A stretch of 63,572 nt of DNA, filler included, from Hyphochytrium catenoides (lineage: Eukaryota; Protista; Hyphochytriomycota): the NCBI GenBank assembly GCA_900088475.1. It is 13 parts of 13 records of this genome, joined end to end, with 100 filler letters (N's around TTAATTAATTAA, not from the genome) between each part and the next. Parts side by side here need not be neighbours in the genome. Positions count along the whole stretch, not along the records: positions 37,026 to 38,560 come from FLMG01003262.1; positions 38,661 to 39,740 come from FLMG01001816.1; positions 39,841 to 50,520 come from FLMG01001658.1; 10 more parts are not named here. The stretch is one strand, 5' to 3'. The notes beneath the pieces are model-generated. The model saw nothing but the letters and a program-made list of their open reading frames with translations. It was not told the DNA's origin and made no database searches. A program made the translations under genes and the position numbers. Below are positions 37,026 through 50,620 of the stretch, one piece after another. The first letter of the stretch is position 1. Every line of letters starts with the position of its first letter.

Positions 37026-38560
37026 CGACGATCGCTCTCCAGATGCAGCGAGGATTGTAAGGGATGACGCTGTGAAGATAAACAACTTGTCAATGCGATG
37101 GATGGCCGAGGCGAGAGGGAGAAGAGAAATCAGAAAGAGACCGTTTCGTCCAAGAGACAGATTTGAGAGACTTCAAAGAAAAGTTTTAACAGTAGAAAAG
37201 GCAGGAGACAGGTGAGAAAAAGAGTTAGTTACCTTCTTGCCATTGCATCTTTCACACCGCTTCTGTCTCTTGTATGAATGACAACGGGCGCCTCTTCTGA
37301 TGAGAGCCCCCAGAGAGAGAGATTGTCAGCCTCCGCAAGGAAGAGAGCCTCTGCGGCTCTGATGTCCGCCGCATACTCTTCAGGAGCCGAAGGAAAGCCA
37401 TTGCCTTGGTCCACAATCTCTTCCTAAAAGTCGACCAGATGTTAGAGAAACGCAGGAGCAGACGACAGCGTAAGAGAGAGAGAGGAAGACGAAGAATGTG
37501 GAGGTTATCCTTCCCAGCGAGTCTCCTAGACGTAGATAAGGAAAGAGGGTAGAGATTGAACAGGGAAGACGCTGAAGGTAAAATCTACCTCGGAAGACAG
37601 CTGGTCATCAGGGGCAGCATCGGACGTGACATGCTCAGTGTTAGACTCTTCCCCCTCGTCGTCTTTCTCTCTCTCCTCATTGGCCTCTTCCTCGATAGCC
37701 GATGATAGCGGAGGAGCCTCAGTGGTAGTAGGAAGTGAGGATGGAAGGGCACTATCAGGCGCTGGAGAAGATTGAGCCTTAATGAAAGAGCAACATTGAG
37801 ACAGTGAGTGAGGGACGAGTGAAACGGAGAGAAAGGGAGAGAGATAGAGGGACGGACTTAAGTCGGATAGGATATGAGAGGAAAAGGCGAGAAGGTTGGA
37901 GACAGGGAACAGAGAGACAGAGCGAGAGTGTTCGAAAAAGAGGCAGGAGAGAAGGAAAAGCAGGGAGCGGAAGGGGAAGAGAAAAAGAGATGTGTGATAG
38001 GAAGACGCTAACCTTTGGAGTCGATGCATCTTGATCCATCAACTGCCTGGAGAATCTGAATTCTTCTTCCTCCTCTAAACAGTCCTCATTCGTCACTGGT
38101 ACCGACGCCTCCTGTAGATCATAGCAGTCTGCTTCCAATGCGAGACTCACACCTGCAAATCGCACAAGGAGAGAAACAGCAAAAAAAAAAGGAGAGAGAG
38201 AGAGAGACAGATGGCATAAGAGTTGGTTGACCATGGAAGGCGCCATACATTGTCCACAAAACTAGCCGCTTGCACGTACGATTGGGAAGGAAGCCAGTGA
38301 TCTCCGCGTGCTGGAAAGTAATTCGCTCTGTGAAACCCGCGCCATGGTCCGAAGAAGAGAAAAAGGTGACCTCCGTAGAGCTGGAAGACAGGGGCTTCAG
38401 CCGCCAAGCTGCAAGTAAGAGAGAGGCAAGAGAGAGAGAAGAGAGAGAGGGGACGGTAGAGAAAAGATTAGCTGAAAGTCCAGCTTCAACTGTTACTTCC
38501 TCTCTCAAGGAGACATGGGATGGCCTTCTTGAGCAGGGAAAACCATGTTCTGAAAGAGTA
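37026..38560 (-). CDS. Fragment of an uncharacterised multi-exon gene
   Basis: Several GT-AG-bounded complex or acidic exons, e.g. FQLYGGHLFLFFGPWRGFHRANYF and FPSAPEEYAADIRAAEALFLAEADNLSLWG. No family recognised. Confidence 0.55.
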
Positions 38561-38660
38561 NNNNNNNNNNNNNNNNNNNNNNNNNNNNNNNNNNNNNNNN
38601 NNNNTTAATTAATTAANNNNNNNNNNNNNNNNNNNNNNNNNNNNNNNNNNNNNNNNNNNN

Positions 38661-39202
38661 CCGTTCGGAGATGCATCCTGTAGATTATCAAATGGCCATG
38701 GAAAGAAGAGGAATGGCAAGTAGGGAATCAGAGGAAGACTCTCTTCTGCTTCGAGTTCACTTTCTCTCACCCCAAAGGGCACCTGCGCCAGGTAGGCATT
38801 GCACCTTCCGCCTCTTGTACAGAGGCTATTCACCGAGCATTGTTTTTTCTCTGGTGTCTCCGGTCTCCTGCTTCTCTCGCCTCCGTCTCTTTTGCTTTCA
38901 TTGTGTTGCTGTCCTCTTGGCGCCACTCTTTGTCTCTCCTCTGTTTTGCAATCCCTCTCTCGCTTCCATTCTCCAGTTAATCTACGTTCACGCTGATGCA
39001 CCTTTCTCATAAATCCTGCGTCCCCCGCCTTGCCGGCCTTGTTGCTTCAGGTCAAATGTTAGTGCTTTATGACGGAGAAGTGTGCCTAGGAGGAGCGCCG
39101 CTGATGGCGAGAGGACTCTCATACTATGACCTTTGCCTTCCACCCCCGCGGAAGGCAACCGCGACCGAGAATGGAGGCGTTGAGGATGTTGTCGTGGGCT
39201 AA
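38661..39202 (+). CDS. mnmA: tRNA-specific 2-thiouridylase MnmA/TRMU, C-terminal fragment
   Basis: Spliced LRVHFLSPQRAPAP|GQMLVLYDGEVCLGG matches the MnmA C-terminal PQRAxxPGQxxVxYxxxxCLGG motif; intron 38792-39050. Confidence 0.85.
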
Positions 39203-40992
39203 GGAGACAACCGTTGAGTAGAAGGAGCAGTACTCCCATCGGAAGTACTCAACCAGAACAGACAGTCCCTCACAGCAGAAGACGGAGACAACTATGAGAC
39301 GAGAAGGAATCCCCTCTGGGGTCCTGGGCAGTAGTGTGATAGGTACGCGTAGAAGAGCTCATTTTGAGGCCACAGTCTTCTCTATCTATCGGCAAGTACA
39401 GCCGTCTGGAGGTACGGTGGAGTCAAGCAACAAGGGCTTCAAGAGAAAGATGTATCTAGGACAGCACAGTCATGGCTTTCGTCTATGGCTGTGAGCTCAC
39501 AGCCGTGGGAGGGGCAGACCCTGTGATCGTACAGGAACAACTGACCCGTTCCCAATAATAACCCTAACTTCTGGGACCTCTGGCCTCCGACTTCCTAGGA
39601 AGGCCTTCACTAGGAAAACGTCGAGGCTTACTTGTTGTTTCCTCCAGGACCCTGGACAGATCATCTCATCTTCGCATATTTTATTATAGAGAAAGACGAC
39701 TGACTGATTGTAAAGTGCAACGCCTCGTCCTTTGACCTTANNNNNNNNNNNNNNNNNNNNNNNNNNNNNNNNNNNNNNNNNNNNTTAATTAATTAANNNN
39801 NNNNNNNNNNNNNNNNNNNNNNNNNNNNNNNNNNNNNNNNGTGCATATGTATTAAAAAAGTATCTGCCTCTGCTGCGGTTATCACGCTTATGAGGTTAAC
39901 AGCCGCCTCGGTAGCTAGTCCGATTTTGCTGGCCCTTCGTCCCTCCTTGCGCAACTTTGCTCGTTCATTCCTTCTACCGACCCTCTTCCACTTTGATTTG
40001 CTCTTCTCTCTGTCCGCTCGCTGTCTCTATGACTCTTCTACTCCTTTTATGCACTTGCTTGGCGCCTAGGTGCGCCTCGTATGTTGACTTGCCTTGTGAA
40101 GCTCTGCCCCTTCATGAAAGGCAATGACTCGAGGTCAGGCGGCAACTGTTTGATGGACGGGCCGGAGCGCTATTCCATGTCTCTTCATCCCCTCCTCGAC
40201 CCATATTACCCATAGAGACCTACTATTTCAGTAATTGGGGTACTATTATGAAGAGAGAAACAAAATGGTTAACCCCATTAATAAGACCTCGAAAACAAAC
40301 CTAATCTTTCACGAAGCTAAAGGTTTCAGGATAGGAAAGATTCCCAAAGTCGCCAGGCCCCGAAATTGGTTTTTGAGGAAAGTTAGCGCGCGGATAGTTT
40401 GAAAGGTTTCGTTGCGAGGGACATATGCTTACAAGGTGGGAAAGGGCAGGTGATGCGGTGCGAATCCTTGACGATGGTGCCAGAGAGAGGAGAGAGAGAG
40501 GGGCGGGGAGAGGGAAAGAGAGAGAGAGAGGGGGAAAGAGAGAGAGAGAGAGGAGAGAGAAAGAGAGAGGGAGAGAGAAAGGGAGAGAAAGAGAGGTAGA
40601 GAGAAAGGGGGAGAGAGAGAGAGAGAGAGAGAGAAAAGAGAAAGAGTGACGAACTATCGAAAGAAAGGGTTGATGTAAGGGAGGATAGGGGAGAGAGACA
40701 AAGGCGAGGCGAGACACAGACTTTCTCTCATCAACTGGTCAATGTCTCTTCAGCCCTGATTCGCACGCTTTCTGCTCCTCTCAATGTTTTTTTCTTTCAC
40801 CAAAACTCCGTCACCTTCCTTCCCAGCCTTGACTCTCTTCCCGCCCTCATCAGTCAGTCAGCCGGGAGAGTGTGAGGAGAGGAGATGCCATAAGCGGGAG
40901 AAAGAGGACATGAGCTTCAGCTTCTCATTGTCTCTCTTTCATTCATTGAGTAGCCTCGAAGTCTACTTACAATCTCCCAGAGAGCGTGAAAG

Positions 40993-42663
40993 ATGGCTCC
41001 AAAGTCGGAATGGATCACAACTCCTAACAGCGTGCAGGTCTCTTCTTTTGCAATAGAAAGAGAACGCAAAGAAGCGCCATCGTCTCTGTCTTTCGATGGG
41101 CAGCGGCTTGCGCAGCTGAGGGCACTATGGAATCGCAGAGGCTCGACCCCACTGTGGAAGAAGCTCTGGGTCTACCTCTACGTGAATGGATTCATTTATC
41201 TAACCGCTTCCATCTGCCTCATGGTGACGGAGCACCTTCTTCAGTCTCTCTCGTTGTATCCCGGCTGTAGCCTGATCCCTCATGCCATAGGTATATAGAC
41301 GGCGCTTACCGCCTTGATCATCACTCTCTCTCTCTCGTTCTCTCTCTGTGTCTCTCTGCTTTCAATCTTCGTCATCGCTTAATGACATCCTCTTTACAGG
41401 CCACCATAGACTCCTTTGCTTGACGATGTTGCTATCTTCCGGTCGCTAGACCTATCCGTGGTTGATCCCTCTCCTCCGCCTGTCCCTCGCCTTGTCTCCT
41501 CTGCAGTTGAACCCGCCCTCTCTTGTCATCACCAACTCCCAACCTTTCCATGTCTCTCCTAGCTCATTTCCGTGTGTCTTGCTCCTGACAGCTGCGGGAG
41601 TGCGAGACAGCCTATGCGTCACATTCATCACTGCCATGACTTGGCAGAAGGAGAAGATAGGAGGTCGAAAGAGGAGTCATGTAAGACCAGAAGGTGAGGC
41701 GAGCTAGCCGCATCGCAGTCCTTCCTGTTCTGCGCTTAGGTTGTTACCCATCCGTTCGCCTGTGCTCACATTCTATCCTCTCTGCTGTAGAGTATATGGC
41801 CCTCGTAGGAAGGATGCTTCTCTTTGCGTCGACAGTGGATGGGCTATCTATGGCCTATGGCTGGTCTCTGCTCCCTCCCTCCAGTTTGCCCTTCTCGCTG
41901 GGCGCAAAGAGCCTTCTTTACTTTGTCGGCCTCTCTTTTGCCTTTGAGGTCATCATGGACTTCTTCCACTACTGGACTCACCGCAGTGCGCACGAGGTAC
42001 GCCGCATGTGACCAGATGGAAATAGATGGTGGGCGAGGGAGAAGCAAAATGGACACTGTTGAGGAGACCGATGGAGGGAAGAGGGTTTAAAAATGATTAG
42101 AGTAAGGAAGAGAGAGAGAGGGAGAGGAGAGAGAGAAGGAAATCCGAAAGGTAATCATTCATCTCAGACAAGGCGCTGCCAAGCTTAACGCATTTCTCCC
42201 CTGTGCTCTGTTCCTGCAGCTTCCATGGCTTTATCGTGTGGTGCATAAGACGCATCATCGACATGTCCATCCCACCCCCTTGGTGACCTATGAGCAGGAC
42301 CTCTTGGACCTGTTGCTGACCAACATGCTTCCAGTGGTTACCTCTCTCTTTATCCTCTCTTCTCTATCGTCTCTTGTGTCGTATCCTCTATTTTCTCCTT
42401 TCCAGTTGCAGCTTATCTTTGCCTACAAGTCATACATAGAGCTTGCCGGGCACTCAGGTGTCGTCTCTCGCGCTTGCACATTCCCTCAGCTCCCTGCTCT
42501 TCCGCGAATACTAGGCATTTCACTGCACACAGCCGACCACGACCTCCATCACTCGCACTTTCGGTGGAACTTTTCTAAAAGATTCACGCTATGGGACAAA
42601 GTTTTCCAAACCTATGCCGATCCTCTGCTCGTTGGCAGCAGCAGAAAGGAGGTCGATGAGTAG
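40993..42663 (+). CDS. Fatty acid hydroxylase / sterol desaturase superfamily membrane protein
   Basis: His boxes DFFHYWTHRSAH, HKTHH, GHSG and HDLHH, then NFSKRFTLWDKVFQTY; hydrophobic segments. Start codon uncertain. Confidence 0.88.
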
Positions 42664-44208
42664 CGGCGGGTACATAGCCTCTTAGCACTCTATTTATACC
42701 GATTTTTAAGCAACAGCTAGGTTTATTTGCTTTAACTCTTGGCCACCTCAGGTGGACCGGTTTCTGGTGTCAAACGCAATGGCACACTCGCTGTTCTCCC
42801 CAACCTGCTTACAATGCTTAAAGTCATAAAGGGTTTCCTCGGCGGGCCCTGGCTGCTGATACTTCTGAACGAAATGTACGACAAAGCAAGCTGCTGCTCT
42901 TCGGACGACGAAGGTGCCTGCCTTCCTTGAGGCAGTGGGAAACCTTACACCGATTAAACGCTGCTAATGAAGCGTAACAGATCAAGCTATAGAAGAGCGC
43001 TAATACATGGGAAGGGTAGAAGAGACTGAGGCACGACCACGAGCTCAGCGCGTCCGCAGCAAGAGGCGGAGACGTAGCAAGATAGACAACTCGCTACCTC
43101 ATCTCTTACAGACTCGCAACTCAGGAACTAGACAAATATTGGCTCTAGCAAAACCAAGGATCAACAGGTCTCTCGTTTTCTTCGGAAGGTCCTCTCTAGA
43201 ACTATGGAATGCGTGTTCTTCCGTCCGCTTTGGACTGCTGCTGGTGCTTGGTTGTGCCTGCACTGCACCTTCTTCCGGTACAGCTCGTGACCAATTACCG
43301 ATGACAAACGCATTTGTTTCGATGTCTGGGAAGTTGGCGCGTTGTTGCCCGCTGCGCGCTGTGCTCTGTACCCAAGTTAACAAGTAAGCGGACTAAAAAG
43401 TACTGGACTTGCAAATAAAGTTAGTACTTGTACTTGGAGAAGACTTTATGGTTCTTGGTTTTGATGGATTCCAACAAGTCCACAAGTCCAAATGACATCT
43501 AAAATAACTAAGGTATATATTGCTAATGTTATCGATAGAGAAGGTAATATACGAAATGTGCCCCGTGGTTTGAAATGGATGCACCGTCAAAAGGCGTGAC
43601 GACTTATATAACATAATCATTTACTCTGTCCATTCCTTTTGACGAGCTGTCTAACGGCTAGCAGCCCGCGCTCTTTGATTTTGAGATCAAATGGCCTCAG
43701 AAGATAAAGACTCTCCTGTAGGCGAGCAATGACGCCAGTGAGAAAGAGTCTGGGGTGAGATATAGTTCTACTCGCTGGGAAATAGTAATATTGACGAGAC
43801 AGAGTGGAGCAAGAGATAGCGGAATAAGTGAGAGATTGCACAGAATCTGCACGCAGATTCTTCGCTCTGTCGGCGAGGAATCTGCATTTTGAGTCTTGTC
43901 TGGAGTCTGGAGATGGAGAAGGACTGAGAGAGAAAGAGAGAGAACTCATAGGGTGGAAGAGAAAGAGAAAGAGAAAGAGAGAGGGAGAGTAAGAGTAACC
44001 AAGTTTCTGTGGACCACAAAGTGAGAAAGACAGCAAGAGCTAGGAAGGGTAGTTTGCAGACTATTGAGACGCTGTGGCCGCAGACCATGTATGAAAGCAT
44101 CTGGCCACGGTGATCTTTCGCAGGGCTCTGCGTTAGGCTGTTCCTTCTATTCCCATACCGAGAAGCTTCAAATTTCCGCTCGGTTCATCTCATTAGACAA
44201 GTTGAAGT

Positions 44209-47200
44209 ATGGAATCGGCCAAGAGGGCGATCTGTCCTCCCAAGGCGGTGGAAGATCTCCATCAACAAGTCTCCAAGGCTTTCCTCTCCTCTGTGGAGCA
44301 GCTTGACCAGCACGTCGAGGAGAGAAAGGCATGGCTGGAGACTGTCGTCCAGGAGACTCGGAAAAGAGTGCAGATGTAATGACTTGTTTAGCTCTCTCTG
44401 GTTCTTCCGCCGCCTTTTCTTTCTTTCTTATTACGTGCTCTCTTGATCCCTTTGCTCCATAATGCTCCTGTCATCCCGTTCGAGAGCTTTCTTCCTTGTC
44501 TCTCGCTCTCTCTGCGCCTTCCTATCTCTTTCTTCCTTGCTGTCCCTAGTACTGGTCTTCCCCAGTCTCCTTTCCTTAGTAACATCTGCACCTGAACACG
44601 TTAGGCGGTCCGGTTATTCGCCTATTGTTAGGGTGAAAAGACGGCAACCACAGGAGAAAGAGAGGGCGTCAACTTCTCCATCGACAACAGAGAGCTCATC
44701 CAGCTCATCTCAGTCGACAGAGGAGGAGACACAACCCACTGCCGAGGTGGGCACTCCAGCCTTATGGAGTTCTCTCTCTCCCTCTCTCTTTCTCTCTCTC
44801 TCTCTCTCTTTCTCTCTGTGCTACTCTGTTGAGCAACAACTTCTTAACTTCTGTCGCGCATTATTAAACATATCCTGGATCTCCTTTTGTGAGCTTACCT
44901 GGAGTTGTTCACTCGTGGTCCCAGGTGGAACAACCTCTGCCACAGGAAAAGGAGAAAGAAGTGAAAAGTCGTCGGACACGCTCCCCTCCTTCTGAGGTCT
45001 CTCAGCAAAAGCTGAAGAGAACCCGGAAGGCTAAGAGCAATGAGTCCGTAGAGAAGGTAACCCCTTTATGGCGTTCATGGACTTTCTGCCCTTTCTCCCT
45101 ATGTCTCTTGTACATCAGAGTAGCGTTACACATTTATAACACTTTCACTTCCTCTGCTCTCCTTTACGGTCAAAAGTCCTATCTACCTCTCTACTACTTT
45201 CCCTTTTTAGCTCTCTCCTCTGACTCGCTTTCGCCTGTACTCACCGACCCGGTCGATGCGACCAGGCTAATGAAGAGAGAGGGGAGGCCGTTGAGCCAGT
45301 AAAGCCAACTCGCCTATCTATTTCAGACATTAAGAAGATGAAGGTTGTGGACTTGAAGAAGGCTTTAACAGAGAGAGGGCTAAAGACTAGCGGACTTAAG
45401 GCCGCCCTAGCTGCACGGTTAGAGGAGGCAGTAAGAGAAGAAGAAAGACAGGAGAAAGAGGAAGTGGAGACAAAGATAAAAGAGGAGGACGATGGAGACG
45501 ACGAAGAACCCTTCCAAGATGCCAATGGAGGTGAGGAAGACGGAGATAGGCCCTCACCACAAGGAGATCAAGAGCAAGGTAGCCATCCAGCACAGGAGTC
45601 TGCAGCTTTCTCTGCTTTAGACACCACTTCCCCTTCACAAAAGGAGGAAGACGAAACCAAATCTTCCCCATCTACCGACATAAAGACTGAACAGAGAAAG
45701 AGGACGCCAAAGAGCAAGGCAGAGGAAAACGCGACAAAGAAAGAGACTTCGACCTCGGCAAAGAAAGGCATTGTCACTGAGCAGGCCACGAAGGAGACGG
45801 TGGAGACCAAAGTAGAAGAGGTAGAAACTGTCAACAGAGAACTTTGCTTATGCTGTTCTATCCTTCTGTCTTCGCTCCTTGATTCATCTTTTCTTTCCCC
45901 ACAATATATCCCTTCTCTTTCTCTTATTTTTTCTGGATCTTGTTCCTACACTTCCTTTACCTATGACTGTCTCTATAGGCAGCTAAAATGGAGCTTTTGG
46001 AAGTAGCTGTGACAGCTACAGCAAGCACCATCAGTGAGCCCAAGCCTTCAATACTAGGTACACTCTGCTGACCTGGTCTCACCCGCGACTTCTTCAATCT
46101 TTCTTGCCACATGTTCTGAGCTGGTAGCTCGGTTTGCTGCCTTTCTTTCCTTTCTGCGGACAACGCTGTCAAAGTCTATTCGTTCTCCCGAATCCTATCG
46201 TCGTTTCTTGGCCCTTGGTCCGCCTCTTTCATTGTCCTAACCATTGTGAGGTACAGGCTTGATGGTACAAGGGCTGCAATCCTCGTTGAAGATCTTGACA
46301 GGTAGCAGCAAAGAAGAGGAAGAGAAAAGTAATAAGCTGCACATCCCGGCACTCTCCCCTTCAACTGCACAGCTGCCAATGAGTCTCTCCTCCCCAGCTG
46401 TGCCTTCATCTCTTCCAGTGTCTCTCCCTTCTTCAACCGGCAGCGAAGAAGGCAAGTGTTCGGACAAAACTCTACCGCTTGTTTTGGCCACCCCAGGCCC
46501 TCTGCCTCAACGACTTTTAACAAAGAAAGAGAAGGATAGCGGCGGAAAGGATAAGCCAAGTGACGGAAAGGCACAGATCCCTGTCTCAGCAAGAGAGAGA
46601 CAGGTGCAGGAGGTAAGAAAACAAGCTCATTCCTTCACTTTTCTTCCAAAACGACGGTCCTTCCTTCTCTCCCCTGGTCTGTCCTTCTTGCCTAGGTGAA
46701 TTCTCTTTATCTCAGGTCATTGATTCTCTCGACACTGCTGCAATTTTTAATCAGACTTTGCCCCAATCTCTGCGCATTACAATTGTTCACGCTGACACCT
46801 TCTCTCGGTCTTAGGAAGCACAAAGACTGCGTACTTTCGCGCGCGAGCAAGCGGAGAAGCGTCTAGCAGAGAAGAGGGAGAAAGAGGGCCGCAAGGAGGT
46901 CTCCCCTATTTCCTCGTCATCGCTTACACCACCCCAGACTGCAGTGGTCGACAAGGAAGCCTCGACAGAGAAAAAGAGTCCTGAAGAAGCGGAGAGAGAG
47001 AGAAAGGTACTAAATTTGCTAACCCCCTCTTATCCCATTGCTGGCCAAGGTCGTTATGCACGTCTGTTTATGGCAGTTCGTCTGTACTCATAACTCATTA
47101 ACTCCTTAATAGGTCAAGGAGGAGGTCGAGAGGATAAGAAAAGAAGCGAAGGCAAGGGCTCTAGAGCGGGAAGTCAATGTCAAGGTACTCCAATCATTAG

Positions 47201-49793
47201 AGCTATCTCTCTTTCCCTTATCAGCTGAGCTGAGCTGCTAGTTTCTATTCTCCCATCCTAACACTTTGCGCCCTCCTGTTTGTTTATGTCTTACTGTCAT
47301 GCCGAAGCCACAGAACGATAGCATATCTCCGACGGAAAGACCCGTTAACCCTGTGACTACAAAGGTTTCCTCTGTTACGTCCCAAGCAGTAGTGGAGACA
47401 AAATCCTCTACCGCCCCACCTACGTCTGTGTCAACATCTACATTGCCCACATCACAACCCAGCAAAAAGCCTGCCAACTTAGTCTCTGGGCTCCACTCCT
47501 TCGCTTCTCTCGTCACCAGCAAGAGCGCCGCCCTATCGTCGTCTTCCACCTCTACTAATCCTGGTGTATCCTCCTCAGCCAGGGCAGCGCCTCATGTAAG
47601 AGCGCACTGATTCCTTAGAATTGACCTTGCCTCTTTGTCCCTTCCGGCTGCCTTTCCCTTTCTTCTCTTCCGTTATTCTCGAAGACATGGCGCCTCTCTC
47701 TCTTACCTCTCTCTATCTTCTCGAAGTCACGATAACTTCTCTTGTTTCTTTCTCTTTATTCGCAGACCGTCTTTGCTTCCTTTCTCTCTGATCTATAATC
47801 GCACCAAGCCCCTTCTATGAGTCCTCCCTCTGGCTCTTATTGCACTGTGTGCAGCCACTAGACTCATCGCTACCGATTTTATCTAGGTGGAAGCGCTGAA
47901 ATTGGCAGAGGCGTCAAAACGAGCCCAAGAGAAGCGTGAGGAGGAACGAAGACGGAAGAAGGAAGAGCTTCTCAAGAAGTATGAGGTGAGAGCCAGCCTT
48001 TCTCAGCTCTGGCGTCTCTTATCTGTCAGTTTATCATGGATCTTCTTCCCTTATTAGGAGGAGAGAAAGGCGGAAGAGAGTCGCCGTCTTGATGGCCTCA
48101 CTCAGCAAAGGGAGCAGAAGCGGAAAGACGAGCTTTCGCTTCTTGAGAAGGCCAAGCTCAAGGTAGAATTTGAGCAACTCTTACCCACTCTCGTGCCTTC
48201 CACACAACTCCATCAGCTCTGCTAAGGGCTCTGTGTTGCTACAGAAAGAGAAGGAGATGGCTGAGAAGAAGAGGAAAGAGCAAGAGGCCGCAGCTCGGAG
48301 GGAGCAATGGAAGCAGCAGCAGGAGGAAGAGGAACGGCAGAAACGGCTGCTCCTAGAAGAGAAGGAGAAGCTAAGACAAGAGAGATTAGAGCAGGTACGC
48401 GGGACTAGCACCGTCTTCCTGTGCTCGACATGTTCTCAAATCGGCCTTCAGGAGAGAAGGAGGAAAGAGAGGGAAGAGGAAGAAAAGCGGCGAAAGGTGA
48501 TTCATCAGATGGAGGAAGCGGAGAGGTAAGACAGAGAGCAAACATTTCGACTGCGCTAACAATATTTTCTATCTATCCTTCTTCATCTTCCGTCTCTTTG
48601 CCTTCTTTACCTTTGTCTGGACTGACCGTGTGCCTTCAAAGGAGGAGGGCAGAGCAAGAGAACCAGGGTGCGGTGGATATCAATAAGCCCAAACAGCAGA
48701 CACCGGTTGTCCTTCACTCGTCCGGGCCGTTGGCCCCTATAACAAACAAGCTTCCTACTCCTCCTGCCCCAGCCAAGCAGAAGCCTGCAGTGGACATTCA
48801 GGTGGCAAAAAGAATCTCTCTCTTCCCAATATTTCCCTCTTGTCCCGCGCTTTGCTTCTCCTCTCGATCCAATGGCATAGAAATTACCTCTTGCTGAGCG
48901 TTGCACCGCCCACATGAAGGGAGGACAAGCCTGATAGTCTTCCGCATTTTATATCTCGATCTCCTCCTCTAGTACGTTCTGTTCACTTATTCTTCTCGCG
49001 TTGCATCTTCAACAGAGCAAGCCTCCACTCTCTCATGCAATGAAGCCTTCAAGTCACAATGAGGACAACTACGAGATGTCCGATAGAGGAGAATCCAGGT
49101 GAAGGCCTACAGCCATTCTTCCTCTTTGTGGACGCTACATGCCTTGGCGTACTTGATGCCTCTCTGTCTCTGTGTCTATATATGCTCATTCTTATCTCTC
49201 GCTTTTATTGTCTTCCGCAATGGTCATAGAGTCTTCTCATCTTTGCTCCAAGCTATGCGATAACCCTTTGTACCCTCCCTTGGACCAATCTAACTTCCTC
49301 ACTCGTTTCTTCTCCGGCAGCTCCAGTGAGGAAGATTCTGACGAGGAGTCCTCTAGCAAACCCAAGAAGAAGATTCCCACCTGGGCACAGCCCGCCCATC
49401 TACAGCATACCCTGGAGCACCAGTACACTGTCGATCCCGACCAGATCTTCTATGAAGTGAACAGCTGTGATTTAGAAGGTAATTGGCCACGCATCTTACA
49501 CTGGAGTTTCTTCCTCCTCCTTCGCCGTGTTGACTGCCACTGCTCACGACCTATGTCTCTACAATCTGCGCGGTGGTCTCTTATGTTGCGTAGCCTTTGT
49601 CTTTTGGTTTCTTATCCTACTCTGATTCTAATTCGTCTCTCTTGAACTATGGGCTAACCTACCTCTGTGAGCAGAGATCTTCAACGCCAAGAAAAAGCGC
49701 TTCACTCGCCGTGGAAGCAGTGGCAACTGGATCCCTGACCGTCTTACAACGCGTGAGAAGGTTCAGTATAGAAGGGACATGGGGTTTGCATGA
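44209..49793 (+). CDS. INCENP: Inner centromere protein INCENP-like, with internal SAP domain (many exons)
   Basis: N-terminal helix ...EERKAWLETVVQETRKR; long E/R/K single-helix region; IN-box NYEMSD..S|..EDSDEE...KKIPTWAQ..L...L..QY..DPDQIF....CDLE|EIF....RF.RRGSSGNW..D. Confidence 0.88.
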
Positions 49794-50620
49794 GCGCCCC
49801 TCTGTACGGATATTTACTAACTATAAGCAACTCAACTATTGCGCTCTATTCCGCAACCTACCTTCTTCGGGGAAAGCTAGTTTCTCTACAAGTAGTAGTT
49901 TCTAGCTCTATAAGACCCCTAAGCTCTTCCATTTTGCGCGGGCGATGTTGGCATCAACCAGCGCGGCAGATGCGCTTCGCCACCATAATTAAGACTATGC
50001 CTGGCTAACAGGTACCAGTTCTTATAGCACGCTGCCCATTCCTCACCTTGAGCTGACTTGTGGTATCATCTGGACAATCCAGAAGTCCATAAATACGCTG
50101 CAGCACTTCCTTACCTCTTCTGTCGGAGAAGGTTTTCGTCTCACATTCCTTGAAATGGCCAGATGACCGCTTCTATTTAGGCTTTTTCAAGATGAATCAA
50201 ACAGCAGCCAGCAGGTGCATGTCCCGGAGAGCCCCTAGTAGATGTAGGATAGACGCGAAAAGACGGAAGATGGACTAAAGTCGGCAAGGAAGACCTCGCA
50301 ATAAGAGTGATAGACCAGTCACTCATCGGAGCCGAAAGGGCCAGAGTCCTTTGAAGTATGCCCTACGAGTAGGGCCCCAGCATGCAGTCCTCCTATCACA
50401 CCCGCCGCCTGAGCAGCAGACTTTCATGAGTGTGACTTGCTCTCCAGGTCTTCACCAAGAGCTGAGAGCTCAATAATGACGTCTGTCAATAGAGGACAAC
50501 AGAAAGCGTACTGTACCTCANNNNNNNNNNNNNNNNNNNNNNNNNNNNNNNNNNNNNNNNNNNNTTAATTAATTAANNNNNNNNNNNNNNNNNNNNNNNN
50601 NNNNNNNNNNNNNNNNNNNN

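Noticed and set aside
4251-39202. IscA + MnmA + tRNA as a sulfur/tRNA-modification cluster
   Set aside because: MnmA lies on a different contig joined artificially.
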